Shown here piece by piece: positions 1 through 15,109 of a DNA stretch of 64,000 nt (positions are counted from its first letter, which is position 1; the number at the start of each line of letters is the position of its first letter). Below the pieces are notes generated by a model. It was not told the DNA's origin, did not search any database, and worked only from the letters and a program-made list of their open reading frames with translations. The stretch is from the human T2T-CHM13v2.0 reference genome, Homo sapiens: assembly GCF_009914755.1 (NCBI RefSeq), contig NC_060939.1. One strand, given 5' to 3'. A program made the position numbers and the translations under genes.

Positions 1-571
1 GAGCTGAAAAGCCAATAGCAGAATTAAAATTGAATACTAAAAATATTTGATGAACCTAAAACAAGGCAAAAAGGAGGAGGAAAAAAACTAAAAGCAAATG
101 AGACAAACGGGAAAACAACAGCAAAATGACAGACTCAAAACCAATCATATCAGTAATCACATTAAACACAATTGAACACTCAAGTTAAATGGCAGAGATG
201 GTCAGACTGGATTAAAAAGTAAGACTCCACTATATTCCTTGTACAAGAAATGACTAAGTGTAAGACACAGATAAATGTAAAGTAAAGGATGCAAAAAGAT
301 GTAGCATGTAAACCATAAGCATAATAAATTTGGAGTGACTATATTAACATCAGACAGAATAGACTTTAAGACAAAAGTATTACCAAAGACATAGAGGGAC
401 ATTTCATTATGATAAAAGTTTTAATTCATTAGGAGGACATAGAAATTGTAAATGTGTACTTGCCTAATAACAGAACTTTAAAATACATGAAGCCTAAACT
501 GACAACTAAAGGGAGAGAGAGACAAATCCCATAATCATAAGACAGAAGATCTCAACAAGGCTGTCAACCAC

Positions 572-2250
<1,679 letters not shown>

Positions 2251-2468
2251 ACTGCTTTGATATGATTGACAATTATAGTATGTTACATCCAGCAGCTCAG
2301 AACCTACATTCTTTTTTATTTACACATTTAATTTTCTTTAAGATTAACTATATGCTGGGTCAAAAATGAAGTCTCAGTAAATTTCAAATGACAGAAATCT
2401 TCCAATATTTAGAATATGTTCTTTGTCCGTAATGGAATTAAACTGAAGATTAATGAAAGGAACTCTGG

Positions 2469-2895
2469 TGCCATGGTTTGGAAGTTTGATCCTTCCAAAT
2501 CTCATGCTCAAATTTAATCCCCAGTGTGGTAGTGTTTGGAGATGGGGCCTAGTGGGAAGTGTTGGGGTCATGGGGGTGGATCCCTCATAAATGGATCAAT
2601 GCCCTCCCTGAAGCAGGAGAGTGAGTGAGTTCTCACTCTATTAGTTCCTGTGAGAGCTGGTTGTTAAAAAGAGCCTGGCACCTCCCCTATCTCTCTCTTC
2701 TTCTTTTACCACATGGTCTCTACATACACTGGCTCCCCTTTGCCTTTCACCATAAGTGGAAGCAGCCTGAAGCCCTCACCAGAAGCAAATGCTTCTTGTA
2801 CAGCCTTTAGAACTATGAGCCAAATAAACCTCTTTTCTTTATACATTTCCCAGCTTCAGGCATTCCTTTAAAGCAACACTGAATGGACCAAGACA
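2469..2895 (+). mobile_element. MST-family MaLR solo LTR (MSTB/MSTC-like)
   Basis: TG...CA ends, AATAAACCTCTTTTCTTTATA, exact 5-bp TSD TCTGG (2464-2468 and 2896-2900). Confidence 0.85.
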
Positions 2896-3289
2896 TCTGG
2901 CAAAGTCCCAACATCTGCATATTTATAAAACACATGTTTAAATACCCCATGTGTCAAACATTGGAAGATGTTTTCAGCTAAATGATAATGAACACACATG
3001 AAAAGTTGTGGGACTCAGCAAAGGCAGTACATAGAGGGAAGTTTATAGCTTTATACGCTTATATTAGAAGAGAAGAAAAATTTAAGATTGGTAATCTAAA
3101 TTTGTGCCTTAAGAAGTTAGAAAGATAGAAACAACTTAAATCCAGAATAAGTAGAAAGGACATAATAAAGAGCAGATATTAATGAAGTAAAGAAATCGAT
3201 AAACAATAGAGACTAGTCCAGAACCAATTACCCTTCTCGTATTCTCTGATAGAAATAATTCAATTAAACTAATGAAACCATTTCTATAA

Positions 3290-3867
3290 ACATTATAGAA
3301 TTTATCAGGAAAGATGGGAGGGGGAGAAATGAAAATAAACCAAACTTGCAGCGCACTCAGCATTTACTAGCTCAGCTTATTCTCTCTGACTTGCTTCCTT
3401 ATAGTTGTTTGCTGCCTACCACCCTGGAATCATGGAAATCCTGACACAAGATTATAGTTCCCCTTAACTGCTCTGTAGATAACAACTTAATTATTGTGAA
3501 ACATTAAGTTTTCCCTTTGAGATATTCTTTCTGGTCATGCATATCAGTGAAACTACTGATGCTAGCTGGTCTGAAAGACCCCAGAAGGAACTGACTCATC
3601 AAAGAAGGCAGTTTCCACATTCTGATGATTTCTTCCCCCTTACCCAAACCAATCAATGCCCCTAATTTTCCAGCCCCTCACCCTCCATGATCCGCTTAGA
3701 AACCTCAACCCAGAACTCCTCAGGGAGACAGATTTGAGGGTCTCCTCACATCTCCTCACCCATCTGCCCTGTGATCATTCAACTCTTCTTCTGCTGCACA
3801 CCTGGCTGTCTCAATGTGTTGGTCTTTTACTTCACAGCAGGCATAGGAACCTGTTGGTCCTGGAATG
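3290..3867 (+). mobile_element. MER39-like ERV1 LTR
   Basis: Diagnostic GATTATAGTTCCCCTTAACTGCTCT...AAGTTTTCCCTTTGAGATATTCTTT...GAACCTGTTGGTCCT. Confidence 0.7.
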
Positions 3868-4841
3868 CTAATATGTATTTCCTCCTGGGACCAGTGATCC
3901 CTTTTGTGGTAATAATACTTTTTTGGGATTCTGGAATAACTTAAGTCTGTGTGAAAAGTTTGGAAGATTTTTAAAAAATGCTTTATTATATTTTTCTGCC
4001 AGAAAATACAATTTACATATAAACGAGCAATATGGTCCTTGATCCCATCTAAAAAGTTTGCATTTGAAAGCAAGGCTTCCATAGTTCACAAGAAACTCCT
4101 TGTGAGACCACAGCCTCACACAATCTTCTCCCTGTATGAACTCATCCTAATTATAACCCTTATCACTCCACACTAGAGGTCAAAGGGGTAGGAGGTTTGG
4201 GTGGTGGTGGTGTGTGGTTGGGTTGGGGCAGGTGAGCACTACTGAGAGAAGGAGGATAAATCAACTGCCACTGAAACTTCCCCTCACTGTTCTAGGCGTT
4301 CCCCTTTGTGTGACTTTTGTATTCTACCACTTTCCATAGGTCCTGAAGGATGTGGGCTTTGCTTCACATCAACCAGGAGGAGGAGAAAAACCTTCCAAGA
4401 CAGTGAAGGAGAATAAGTTATCACCTGGACACCTGTTTAATAGACCAGGATTTGTAGATAAGAAAAGGCAGGGTGATGAGCTTTCTGAATCTTGGACAAG
4501 TATGACTAAGACTCTGATAATTAAGCTGGGGGAGTGGTGGTCAAGAATGTTCTCCCAACACCAAGGGAAGCCTTCCTATTATTATTGGACCTCAAAGTTA
4601 TGCCAGAAATGATTGAATTGTAACATTTAGCAAGAATTATTGTTCACCTGTTTTGTACACTCTGGACCCCAGAATGGAATAGCCAGATACATAGCCAGAT
4701 ATAAAAATATTTGAATTGTTCTTTGAGTCTATCGGCTAGTGAAAAATGAGTACATTCAGTTTCATTTGAGAACAACATACAATTTAAAAAACATAACTTA
4801 TATAACACTATAAAGAGAGTAGAGTAGATTCAATTCCTCCT

Positions 4842-5218
4842 TGTCTTAGTCCATTTGGTCTGCTAAAAGAAAATACTTTAGACTGAATGGCTCATAATCA
4901 AAATAAATTTATTTTCACAGTTCCGGAGACTGGGAAGCCTAAAATTCAATGTCTGGTTAAGGGCCTGTTTCATGGTTCACAGGTGGCTCTTTCTAGCTGT
5001 ATCCTCAGGTGGTGAAAGGAGCAAGCCTCATAAAGGCACTAATATTAATATTTAGCTCTTTATATACAAGGGCCCTTTTATAAGGACCCTAATCCCATTC
5101 ATGAGGGCTCCACACTCATGCCCTGACTGCCTCCCAAAGGCCACACCCCCTAATACCATCATATTGGGGATTATGATTTCAATATGTAAATTTGTGGTGA
5201 TACAGTCAGATCATAGGA
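4842..5218 (-). mobile_element. MLT1A-type MaLR solo LTR
   Basis: TGTCTTAGTCCATTTGG...CTAATCCCATTCATGAGGGCTCC...CCTCCCAAAGGCCACACC. Confidence 0.8.
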
Positions 5219-5866
5219 CACCCCATGAGAAAGTAGTTCCTCCTAACCAGTGCTGTTGGGAGCGCAGTCGTGATTCTGGTATTGCCTGGAGAAGCTTTCT
5301 CTGCCCCTCTCTGTTGTGTCCTGTGTTGCCCTTGTTACAAGATCTCACTGTGGTGGAGACGACTAAGCTGCTTCGGATCTCTCACTTTAAGTCTCAAGTT
5401 CTTTTTCAAAGGGCAAAATCCCCTGGTGTTGGTCAGCCCATCCTCGCCACAGGTTTGGCTTCCCTTCAGCTTGCTGCACAGGCCACTGGCCATGGTGGAT
5501 CAGGCTGTTGCTCTCTGTCTCTGTAGCTTGAAAGAGGCAGAGCTCTCATCTACGTCTTTTTTGCTTTGTCTGGTATCTCATCAGGCCCTCAGTGGCACCT
5601 TCAGTTGCACAGGCCTTGTGGTCAATTCATTTGAGAGATGCTTGGGAATGATCAGAACTCCAAACCTATTTCTTGCTGGGCAGAAATATGGATGTCAAGT
5701 CAAGTCACTTTCCTCACCCAGTACCCTCTTATTTAGGAGGAGTCTAGGGTATCACTGCTCAATAATTTACCGCCCTGTCATCAAAGTCCATTAGTCACTT
5801 CCACATGCATTTGCTCATTTAACCCTCTCACCAATTATTTTAGTAGGTATTATCAAATCTGAAATG

Positions 5867-6115
5867 TAATAATGACAATAATATCAATAACGACTGCATT
5901 TATTGAGTGCTTTTCAGATGACCAGCACTGCGCTGAAAACTTAAGTGCTGCTCAAATTAATCCTCTTAGCAACCCTATGAGGTAAGCATTATCATCTCCC
6001 CCATTTAACAGATGAGAAAACAGAGTCACAGAGAGATTAGGTAACTTAGCTCCAAGTCACATAGCTAATAGACATGGGAGCAAAAGCTTGAAACCACGTG
6101 TTCTGTGTTTAGAGT
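5867..6115 (-). mobile_element. MIR SINE
   Basis: Core CAACCCTATGAGGTAAG...CCCATTTAACAGATGAGAAAACAGAG. Confidence 0.8.
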
Positions 6116-6352
6116 GGAGCGGGGCTGGTTCCAGGTGCAGTAGTAGAGGAACTCCCTGCTTTCATGCCTCCTCTTCTGCCTGTGGTACCTGCACTCTTGA
6201 GCGCTAAGTCACTGCATCTTTCAAGGCACAGCTAAGACTCCTGGAAGTTGTGCTGCCATCCTCATGGCAGGGCATGCTCTCCTGCTACCTACTCTCTCCC
6301 TTCTACTCTCAGGAAAGAAATCCTGTTTGCCATTTATGAATTTAAATCTATG

Positions 6353-6685
<333 letters not shown>

Positions 6686-6789
6686 TTACTCTCAATGGAA
6701 AAATCTCAGTTCAGCCTCACTGCTATTTTGGTTACAGATACAACATTTATCCCCCTTTTAGAGGTGATGACATTAGACTGAAAAGATGC

Positions 6790-7290
6790 TTTGGGGATAT
6801 GGGGTCATGCTGAAAACTCATATTGGTCTCACCTCTGGATAAACCCCCAAGCTTTTTTCACATTCAGCAGTGTTTAGCCAAGCCTCCCAACCTTATTTTT
6901 GTCAGGTGGTAGTGAAGACCTGGGGGAGGGAATTTCTACTCTTGGCTCTATTATATTTCATCCTGTAGGATCTGGTCCATTACTCAAGGCTGTTGAAATC
7001 TTTTTGGATTCCAACTCGGTCATCTGACATATTCGTATCTTTCTTAACTGGGTGTCATCCGAAAATCTGATGAGCGTGTAGCCTTTATTTTCACCCAAGT
7101 CATTGATAAAAATGTTGAATAGGAAAGAGCAAGGGGACTGAATAAATGCTGTTAGAAAACCGTCTATGTCAGTGTCAATTTATTAATTACTACTCTTTGA
7201 GTCTGGCATTCTGCTCACTATCGAATTCTTCTAATTATAGAAGCCTGCACTTCTTTCTCTGTGTTATTCATAAGATATGAGAGTCTTGAG
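6790..7290 (-). mobile_element. L3/CR1 LINE relic, reverse-transcriptase region
   Basis: The reverse strand of 7051-7122 translates to LFNIFINDLGENKGYTLIRFSDDT, the CR1-type motif LFNIFINDL...FADDT. Confidence 0.75.
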
Positions 7291-7317
7291 TCTGAGATGA
7301 TGGGATAAGAGGGCAGG

Positions 7318-7788
7318 TGTGCGGCAAAGGATTAATCTTGCCTAAAGGAAGATTTGTTCCTCGTCTAGCCCTGGGAGCTAATCTCTAAATCCTTGGAATG
7401 TCCTGCCTCGTGAGTGTCTTTGTTTACCTGGGGGCCCTGGGCAACACAGTATATAAGCTTGACCTCTGGCAGGGATAGAGACTAAGGCCATTCATGTCTA
7501 CATGACCAACTCCCAATAAAACCCTGGACACCAAGGCTTAAGTGAGCTTCCATGGTTGACAATACCCTGTGTGTGTTGCACACATTGTTGCTGGGAGTGT
7601 TGGCTGCATAACTCTATAGGGGAAGGAAAACTGGAAGCTCACGTATGGTCTCTCCTGGACTCTGCTCTATGTGCCTCTCTCTTTTTGCTTATGTGGATCT
7701 GTATCATTTCACTGTAATAAACTATAACTGTGAGTCCTAGCAAATCACTAAACCAGAAGGTGGTCTGGGGGATGCCTGAATTGCAACA
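7318..7788 (+). mobile_element. MER77-like ERVL LTR
   Basis: CTCTAAATCCTTGGAATGTCCTGCC...AAACCCTGGACACCAAGGCT...CTGTAATAAAC. Confidence 0.7.
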
Positions 7789-9634
7789 GGAATCTCTGGA
7801 TTACATGAAATGTGTCTTTCTTTAAAGCCAGAGGACTAAGATCTCTCTGAATTTCTGCTTGAACCTCCTCTCTGGCTTCCCTAAACCCTTTCTTCAGAAG
7901 ATATTATGTAAAATGTGTAGGAAGTCCTCTCTCTGCTTCACAAAGAAGCCTCCTCCCCCATGGCCTGCCCTAGGCACTGACCAACCCCTCTTGCCTGCCC
8001 CGTGTGGTTTAATGAGTACTCACTTCAGTCTACTCTGGGTAGGATATTGTATTGCCCAAGCAGACTCCACACTCACCTGCCTTTCAGGAGAGTCCCTGCT
8101 AAAATCCAGATGTTAACTGGGGAAGAGCATAATTCCCTGCTGTCACCCATTTATACTTCAGCCTAAAGTAATCAGTTCACTAACAGAATGGGCTGTCATT
8201 AAGATAGAATTCAGGAGAGGGGAGTTCGGGTGTGGGTACTTCTGGGGCTTTCCCTAACTATGAGAGTGAAGAGGGTTCTGCTAGGCAGGGAAACAGGGTT
8301 GCTGGGGTCTCCACAGGGCTCTGTTGAGGCATAAGGGAGGAGCGTGCTGAAGGAGCGGCGGAGGGCTGACAATAAGCTGGCCTACATCCTAGTTTTGTTA
8401 GAAAAATTAGAGGGTGAAAACTAGCACTTTGTTCCTTCTCTGGCATCCACATGTATCCACATGGCCAAGTGGGCAGTAACTTTCCAGAGGATGAAGGGGA
8501 GAGCAGCCAAGCTGGGCATGGGAGGCAGATGTGTCACCTGAAAGAGAGGGAGCCCATTCCTTATCTCACAAGGGGTTTACTGGAAACCAGGTTCCTGGCA
8601 CTGCGGTGGGGGGAAAGTCATCATTAAGTAGAAGAGAGCAATCCTTTACATATAGGATTTTAATCTCACTTCTGCCCTATGCAATTCCAGGCAGCTTAAC
8701 CGAGACACTCTTCAAAATGGAGAAAATTTTGCTCCAATTCTAATATCAGGGAGTGTGACCACAAAACCTTTAGTTCTCTCCTCTGAGGTCATTTTTATGA
8801 CTTCTCACTACTTTTTATCTTTGAACTATTTTTTAGGTCTATGTTGGGAAAATGGTTTTGTTTCTTTCTTCCCCCATCTCTTTTCTTTATCCTCCAGTTG
8901 ACAACCATGAAATGATCTCCCCTTAAGACAATCACATGAGACAGTTCTGTCTTCCCTTCACCCTGGGCCTTAGAGGATTAGAGAGCACATGCCCTAAAAA
9001 GCGTCACCCTCCCATAGAAATCCATAGAGAACCTCTATTTCTACCCTCCTGGCCGCAGATGTAGAGAAATTGGGGTAGGGGTAGACGGCGTCAACCCCAC
9101 CCCGCAAGCTTCATAAATGTGAGCGCTTATAGTCAGTTCCCAAGATGGGAGGCCTTCATATTTAAAGCCATTAAGTGGAAATTTCTTGAGGGCAGGACTA
9201 CATGAATTTGCCCTTGAATTGAGGGTTTGGCCAGGCCTGACCCCTGACTCGGGACTTCAGAACACTTAGGCCAAGCAGGATCTGGAAATGCAGTTTCTTC
9301 AGTCACCCCAATGTGCTTGGTACCTGCCTAATGAATGCTTGTGATGCTCACAGAATCTCCCTAAACTCCGCACGGGGGTGTTGGCTGGCAGCCCACTCCC
9401 CCAGTCACTGAGACTCTTCTATAATACCTGACCGTGCTCTCAGTCAGAATCTCCACTGAGCTCAGCGCTCCAATTTCATGCAATAAAGCGAGCTTTCAAC
9501 ACAGTAAAGTTGTGCTTTGACCTTGCTGGGCACTCGTTTATTGGGTCAAATATTGTCAGAGTTGTTGAACACGCAGGCAATGTAATCAATATAGTCGAAA
9601 TTGGAGATTTCCAAACTTTAATCCTCTGGTCATT

Positions 9635-9760
9635 TTGTTAACCAGCTCTAAATCCCCCGAGGATCTGGTTTAAATGCAGTTTCAGACACAGTAGTTCTGG
9701 GGAGAGGCGTAACAAGCTTCCAGGTGACGCCCTAGCACCATACTTTGAGAAGTCAGCATT
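9635..9760. mobile_element. MER5A-like hAT-Charlie fragment
   Basis: AACAAGCTTCCAGGTGA...CCATACTTTGAGAA. Confidence 0.5.
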
Positions 9761-10009
9761 GAAGGGTGTTGATATGGGGAGGAGGAGAAGCTAGTCGCTA
9801 AGACTCTGCTCACACATCCCTAGCAGAAAACATAGAAAGTGATCATGGATTCTACATTGGTCTGAAGGAAACTTGTCCCGGGCATCTGCTGTCCCTGAGG
9901 CTGAGGACATGGCTCTCAGACCTCCATTACTTTGAAGTGTTTGCTGCAGCAAGAGGCAGGATGGTGCAATGGGTAGTGCTTGTGTTCTGGTGCCAGCTTG
10001 CCTGTTTGA

Positions 10010-10170
10010 GGCCTGGCATGCAATTCTAAGCTCTGTGTTCTTGTGGCTTAACATTTCAGTGCCTTAGTTTTCTTATTTGTAAAACAGGGATAGGGTAGTC
10101 ATAATAGTACCCACCTCTATTAGGTTACTGTAAAAATTAAAAGATTACGTAAGGGACGTGGTCCATAAAA
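10010..10170 (+). mobile_element. MIR
   Basis: GTGCCTTAGTTTTCTTATTTGTAAAACAGGGATA core. Confidence 0.65.
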
Positions 10171-10289
10171 AATGTCCAGAATACTTATTTTCCTTTTCAG
10201 CCAGAGCTCCTGTTTCTAAGCCTGGGACCTCAGGGGGCCCTGGGTTTCTATGCCCTGAACTGCCACAGTTGTGCAAGCACTCTTGGGTC

Positions 10290-10830
10290 TCCTGTTACCC
10301 GGGAGCCGGCAACAGACCAAAATAAAGAGGTGGGGTGGGGTAGCGGGGCGGGCTGAGCGAGCCTCTAGAGGGAGTCTGACCAGGTCAGCTGGGAATGCCT
10401 GTCAGCCATCCAGGGTGGCTTCTCCTTTGCTCTGCTCCTGCATGGGCCTGGAGGTGGGTGAGTGACTCATGCTGGTGCCCTCCCCACCCCTGCACCCAAA
10501 TGCTCAGCCCTCCCCACAGCAGGGGCTCACCTAATCCCCACAGTGGGAGTCGGTGGGTATTCACGCCTGTGCCGAGGTCTAGGGTTGCACCGCGCTGACT
10601 TCACACTCAGCAGCATGTGCAGCTGAGGCCTCCGGGCAGTCGTCTCCTGCGAGGCGGGCAGCGAGGTCAGCTTGGCAGCCGCTGCCTCTCCAGCCTGGAT
10701 CTGGCCGCAGGCAGCGGTTCCCTAGGACCTGAGAAAAGGATGGCCGAACAAGAAGCTAGTGGGCTACAGGTCCTGCTGCACACACTTCAGGTAGGAAAGG
10801 GTAGAGTGGGTGCAGAACCCGGCGGGCTGG
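10290..10830 (+). promoter_or_regulatory. AGBL1 promoter / 5' UTR region, GC- and CpG-enriched, no obvious TATA box
   Basis: Local CpG enrichment, GC box GGGGCGGG 10345-10352, AP-1 site TGACTCA 10463-10469, CAGCTG E-boxes 10386-10391 and 10620-10625, directly upstream of the ATG. The TSS cannot be determined from sequence. Confidence 0.65.
10740..10790 (+). CDS. AGBL1: First coding exon of AGBL1 / cytosolic carboxypeptidase 4 (CCP4, M14-family deglutamylase), residues 1-17
   Basis: ATG at 10740 in strong Kozak context (AGG-ATG-G). 17 codons translate to MAEQEASGLQVLLHTLQ, matching the human AGBL1 N-terminus as I recall it. Ends at a phase-0 donor CAG|GTAGGA (GT at 10791-10792). Confidence 0.9.
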
Positions 10831-11401
10831 GTGTTTGCCTGGGCTGGCCTGCCTGGGAGCTATGCACACAGTCCCCTCTGGCAGTCACTGGCCCAGTTTG
10901 TTAACAGCAAGAGAACAGGAGTCGGCTCTCACCTTGAAGCTGACCTAAGTGATGCTATGGAATTCAAATATTAAACACGACGATGTTGATGATTGTTCTG
11001 CTTAAATTATTGATCCTCGTGGGATCAGAGGCTCTGGGTAAAAGATCCGAGTTTTCTAGAAATGGGAAAGGTGGAGAAAAAGCCTGTTTGGCAAATGAAG
11101 GGGACCTGTTGAGGCTCCTCCTGAATAAGGCTGGAGACCTGCTGAGAGCATGCAGAGCTGTCTGGGAGGACAGGGTAGGTGAGGAGAGGACCCTTCTGGG
11201 TATCTCCTGCTAAATGGCTATCTTACTGGGCTCCCACATTGTAGTTACATCAGAATGGCCTGGGATGCCGACTATCAGTGCATTTTCCCAGGCAGGATCT
11301 GACTAGAAGGTGTTTGAATCATGTAGGGCAGTAGCCTGGGAAACTGCCTTCTCCCTGGGGGATGCTATTCATTCCTAATTTTGAGAATTCTTGTTCTACA
11401 G

Positions 11402-11576
11402 CAGTGGTTTGCAAACTTGTCTGCACATTAGAATCACCTGGAGAGGGTCAAAAAATACTCATGCTTGGGACCCACCCCCAAAGACATGGATTTAACTGAT
11501 CTAGGGATCAATCCGAGCGTTAGAGTTTGAAAACTCCCCCGGGGTCTCCATGTAGATTTAAGGCTGAGAACCACTA
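11402..11576. mobile_element. MER5A/B hAT-Charlie MITE
   Basis: Terminal inverted repeats CAGTGGTTTGCAAAC...GCTGAGAACCACT; internal GCACATTAGAATCACCTGG. Confidence 0.75.
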
Positions 11577-11739
11577 CTCTCTATGCTTGTAGTTAGCTGG
11601 ATTCAGAGGATGCCAGTGTTCAAAAAGGCCCAAGGGGTCTTCTACCCCAGGAGTTTAAGCTGGAAGTTCCTGGAAGGGGTCACAAGATGATGGGCTTGTG
11701 GGGGCGGGGGGGGGTCCATGACCCCATTCCCCTGTTTAG

Positions 11740-12107
<368 letters not shown>

Positions 12108-13659
12108 ATTTTTCTCTGATTCTTAAGAAGATTTGTATTCCTGAAAGTTTAAGAACCAATAAGTGCAACCTTCAGGTGTGCAGATAAGGAAACGGAATCT
12201 CAGAAGTGAAATAGGCTCCTTGATGTCAAATGGCTACATAGTAGGAGAACTGGGCCTTCAATATTCAGTTGACTTGGCGTCCTTTGACTCATTCTATCTG
12301 ATTCATGCAAGGTGAGAATGTATCTGACCAGGGGTACTGGAGGCAGGAGTGGACCTCAAAAGAAATTTGCAAAATAAATCCAAGGATTTATTTGTATCTG
12401 GCTAGATTTATTTGATTTAATAACCAGGTACAATAAGCTGACATTCTGAGACCTCTTCTAATTTCTGAATAGTTGCATGGAGATCTTGATTAACTGATTC
12501 AAACAACTGAAAATATCTCATGGACAGAATTTTCCTTGCACTAGCTGTCTAGGAAAGAGGGAAAGTAATAAGTTGGTAATAGGGGTTCAGTAAAAATGAA
12601 TGTCCTGTAGTCGGCCTCAAAGTCACTTCAGGTTGAACTCAATTGCCTGCATTCCCACCAGTGAGAATTGATAATTGATGTTTAGCATGATCACCCCGGG
12701 GCACTGCTAGATTCCCAATTATCAAAGAAAGATTTAATTATGTTCACTAGACTCTACTTAGTTCCCAATTAAGCAGAACATTATGATAACAGGAGCACGC
12801 TTCCTGTTTACTCCTCAGTTGATCAGAGTTTGGTTTAGAATTGACCTGGGTTCCTGGCCTGGCCTGCACCAAGTGCTTCCCTAAGCCCTGTTTCTGTCTC
12901 TACGGTAGAAGTCAGAACTCTGAAACGCTTTTTAAAAAAGAGAACCCAGAACATATATTCTGTGGAATAATCTTTCATGATGGATTTGATGTCCTGTCCC
13001 CATCCCTGCTCCCCATGGACTTAAACTAGGTGAGCTCACATTGTTTCTGAGAAAGGGTTAGCTGAACCTGTCTCAGTTGGGGATCCCAAAGATCTTACCA
13101 ATTCAAACCAGTCTGTCTCTTCTTGTGCACAAGGTGACAGACAGAAGGCTTTGAATTGCTTCTCAAACCTTTGGGGAAAGCAGTGAATAAGTTTGAACCA
13201 AATGTGAGCTTAGGTCTCAGTTCCCATGTCTTTTAGGAGTGCCCCAAAAGGTTGCCAAGGGAAGGAAGAAAGAGATTGGAGGGACAGAAAAGGCAAACAC
13301 AAGCATAACAGAATATCCCTGTGCTATGTTTGTGGATGTCCTCCTACTTAAGCATATCACCATTTCTGACTCTTTAGGGGCATAAAATAAACCGGGCCAC
13401 TAAGAAACATCAGTTTTCTGTGTGTTAACTTTTTCCTGCACACATGAGGAAGGGGTAAGTGGTTTTCCCTACCACAACTTGAAAACAGCTTCTTTATCTC
13501 TGTCCCGAAGGTCTGAGAATCAGATTTCTACCCAGACATGTTCCAACTTCCTGGCCTTTACAGCGTGGGTGTGAGGCAGAAAATCAGACTGACTGATGTG
13601 GGTCTGGGTGAAGCAGGAGGCAGGCAGCCCACAGCACAGGTGCGAGAGGCAGAAAGGAC

Positions 13660-13850
13660 TGGATCCAGCCCCTTGTCTGGCACTTACTAGGCTGTTTATC
13701 CTTATGAAAGTCCCTCGACCTCTCTGAGCCTCCATTTATGTAATCTGTAAAACAAGGGCCTTAAAAATACGTTCCTTAGCATTTCTGTGAGGATTAAGAG
13801 AATACATCTGAAAAGCGCTTGTAAACTCTAAATGGCTGTTTGAATGACTG
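13660..13850 (+). mobile_element. MIR/MIR3
   Basis: CCTCTCTGAGCCTCC...TCTGTAAAAC...GTGAGGATTAA...GCGCTTGTAAACTCTAAA. Confidence 0.7.
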
Positions 13851-15109
13851 TGGTTTTATGATTTCCCTCGTTGAGTATGCAGTGGAGAGGCTGGGAACAC
13901 TTGCCTACACTTTTTGTCAACCTGCCTGGCTTTTTTCCTGGGTGGACTCCAATATACTTGGAAAAAAAAAAGAGGTGTCTCATTTGTCCTGCTCTCGTCT
14001 CTCCATGTGGTTTGAGCTAATGGAGAAGATGGGGAACTGCCAGCGTTGCAGGATGTGGGCTCCTTGCCAGCTCTGATGCCGTGGGCTGTCACCCAGCAGT
14101 GTCCCACAAAATGCCAGTTAAGTACGTTTATTGAAACATGAAAAATGCATAATTTTTCGGTCAGCTTTGGCACACTCTGCACTGTGATATGGGCACATTT
14201 TTGCCATTTCCATTTGTACTTTATTATTTTATGTGATAGCTGCTTAGATCAAACCCTGGTCTGCATCTTTGCCAAAATGTGCATAGTTAACTTCTTTTCT
14301 CAACTTGGGATCCAAGAACACCATCTATTATGGATTATGAATGAGGCTGCAGGATGTGGGGCTTCCTGTCTGGAGTAAGCCATGGAACTTAGATAACCTC
14401 GGCTGGGGTGACCAGTCCACTTCTCCCCCTTGGACTTGATCCTCCAGGGATTATTTCCAAGATGGCAGGTGATTTTTAGCTTCTGGGCTACAAATAGAGG
14501 AAGGGTAGAAAAATGATGACTGATATGTTTCATTCATAGCACTTGGGACTTCTGCTTCCAAAACATGTGTTTGAAATTTTCCCTTGTAGAACTCTCTGTA
14601 GAGGACATGGGAACATCCAACTATTGTATCCATAGGGTCAGGTGGAACAGACGCTGAGCTTTTCCCTTGGACTTAAACAGAAGGATTTGGACAATCAAGG
14701 GAAGAATTTTCCTTTAGATAGCAAACACTGTGTAGACTTTCCAAGGTTCCCTAGGAAGTTTGAGGCTTTCTGGGTTTGTTGGAGATACCTGCTTCAACCA
14801 CAACTCAAACATAGAAACAAACTGAAAACTGTCTTAATTTCAAGCATTAGTAGAAGCAAAGAAAGAGGAAACCCTATAAGGATGAGGGCCAAGTGGACAA
14901 GAGACAAAATTGGCAAGAAATTACATCTGTCAGTGCCTTAGGAATGGCTTTGTGACAATCAACCTGGGTAGAGAAGGGATGATGACAGTGTGTAGGCGTA
15001 TGCTGAGCTTTAAGTGGGGAGAACTCTTTATTTGGTGTTTTGTTTTTTAAGACCTCATTACTTTCACAGCTTCTTACATTTCTTGGAATTAGAGATTGGA
15101 GAAAATGAA

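Noticed and set aside
5101-5794. Overlapping 141-aa and 174-aa ORFs
   Set aside because: They start in or next to an MLT1A LTR, have no recognisable domain and no supporting gene structure.
10617-10904. 95-aa ORF as a stand-alone protein
   Set aside because: It is AGBL1 exon 1 plus upstream in-frame sequence from a GTG and read-through into the intron past the GT donor at 10791.
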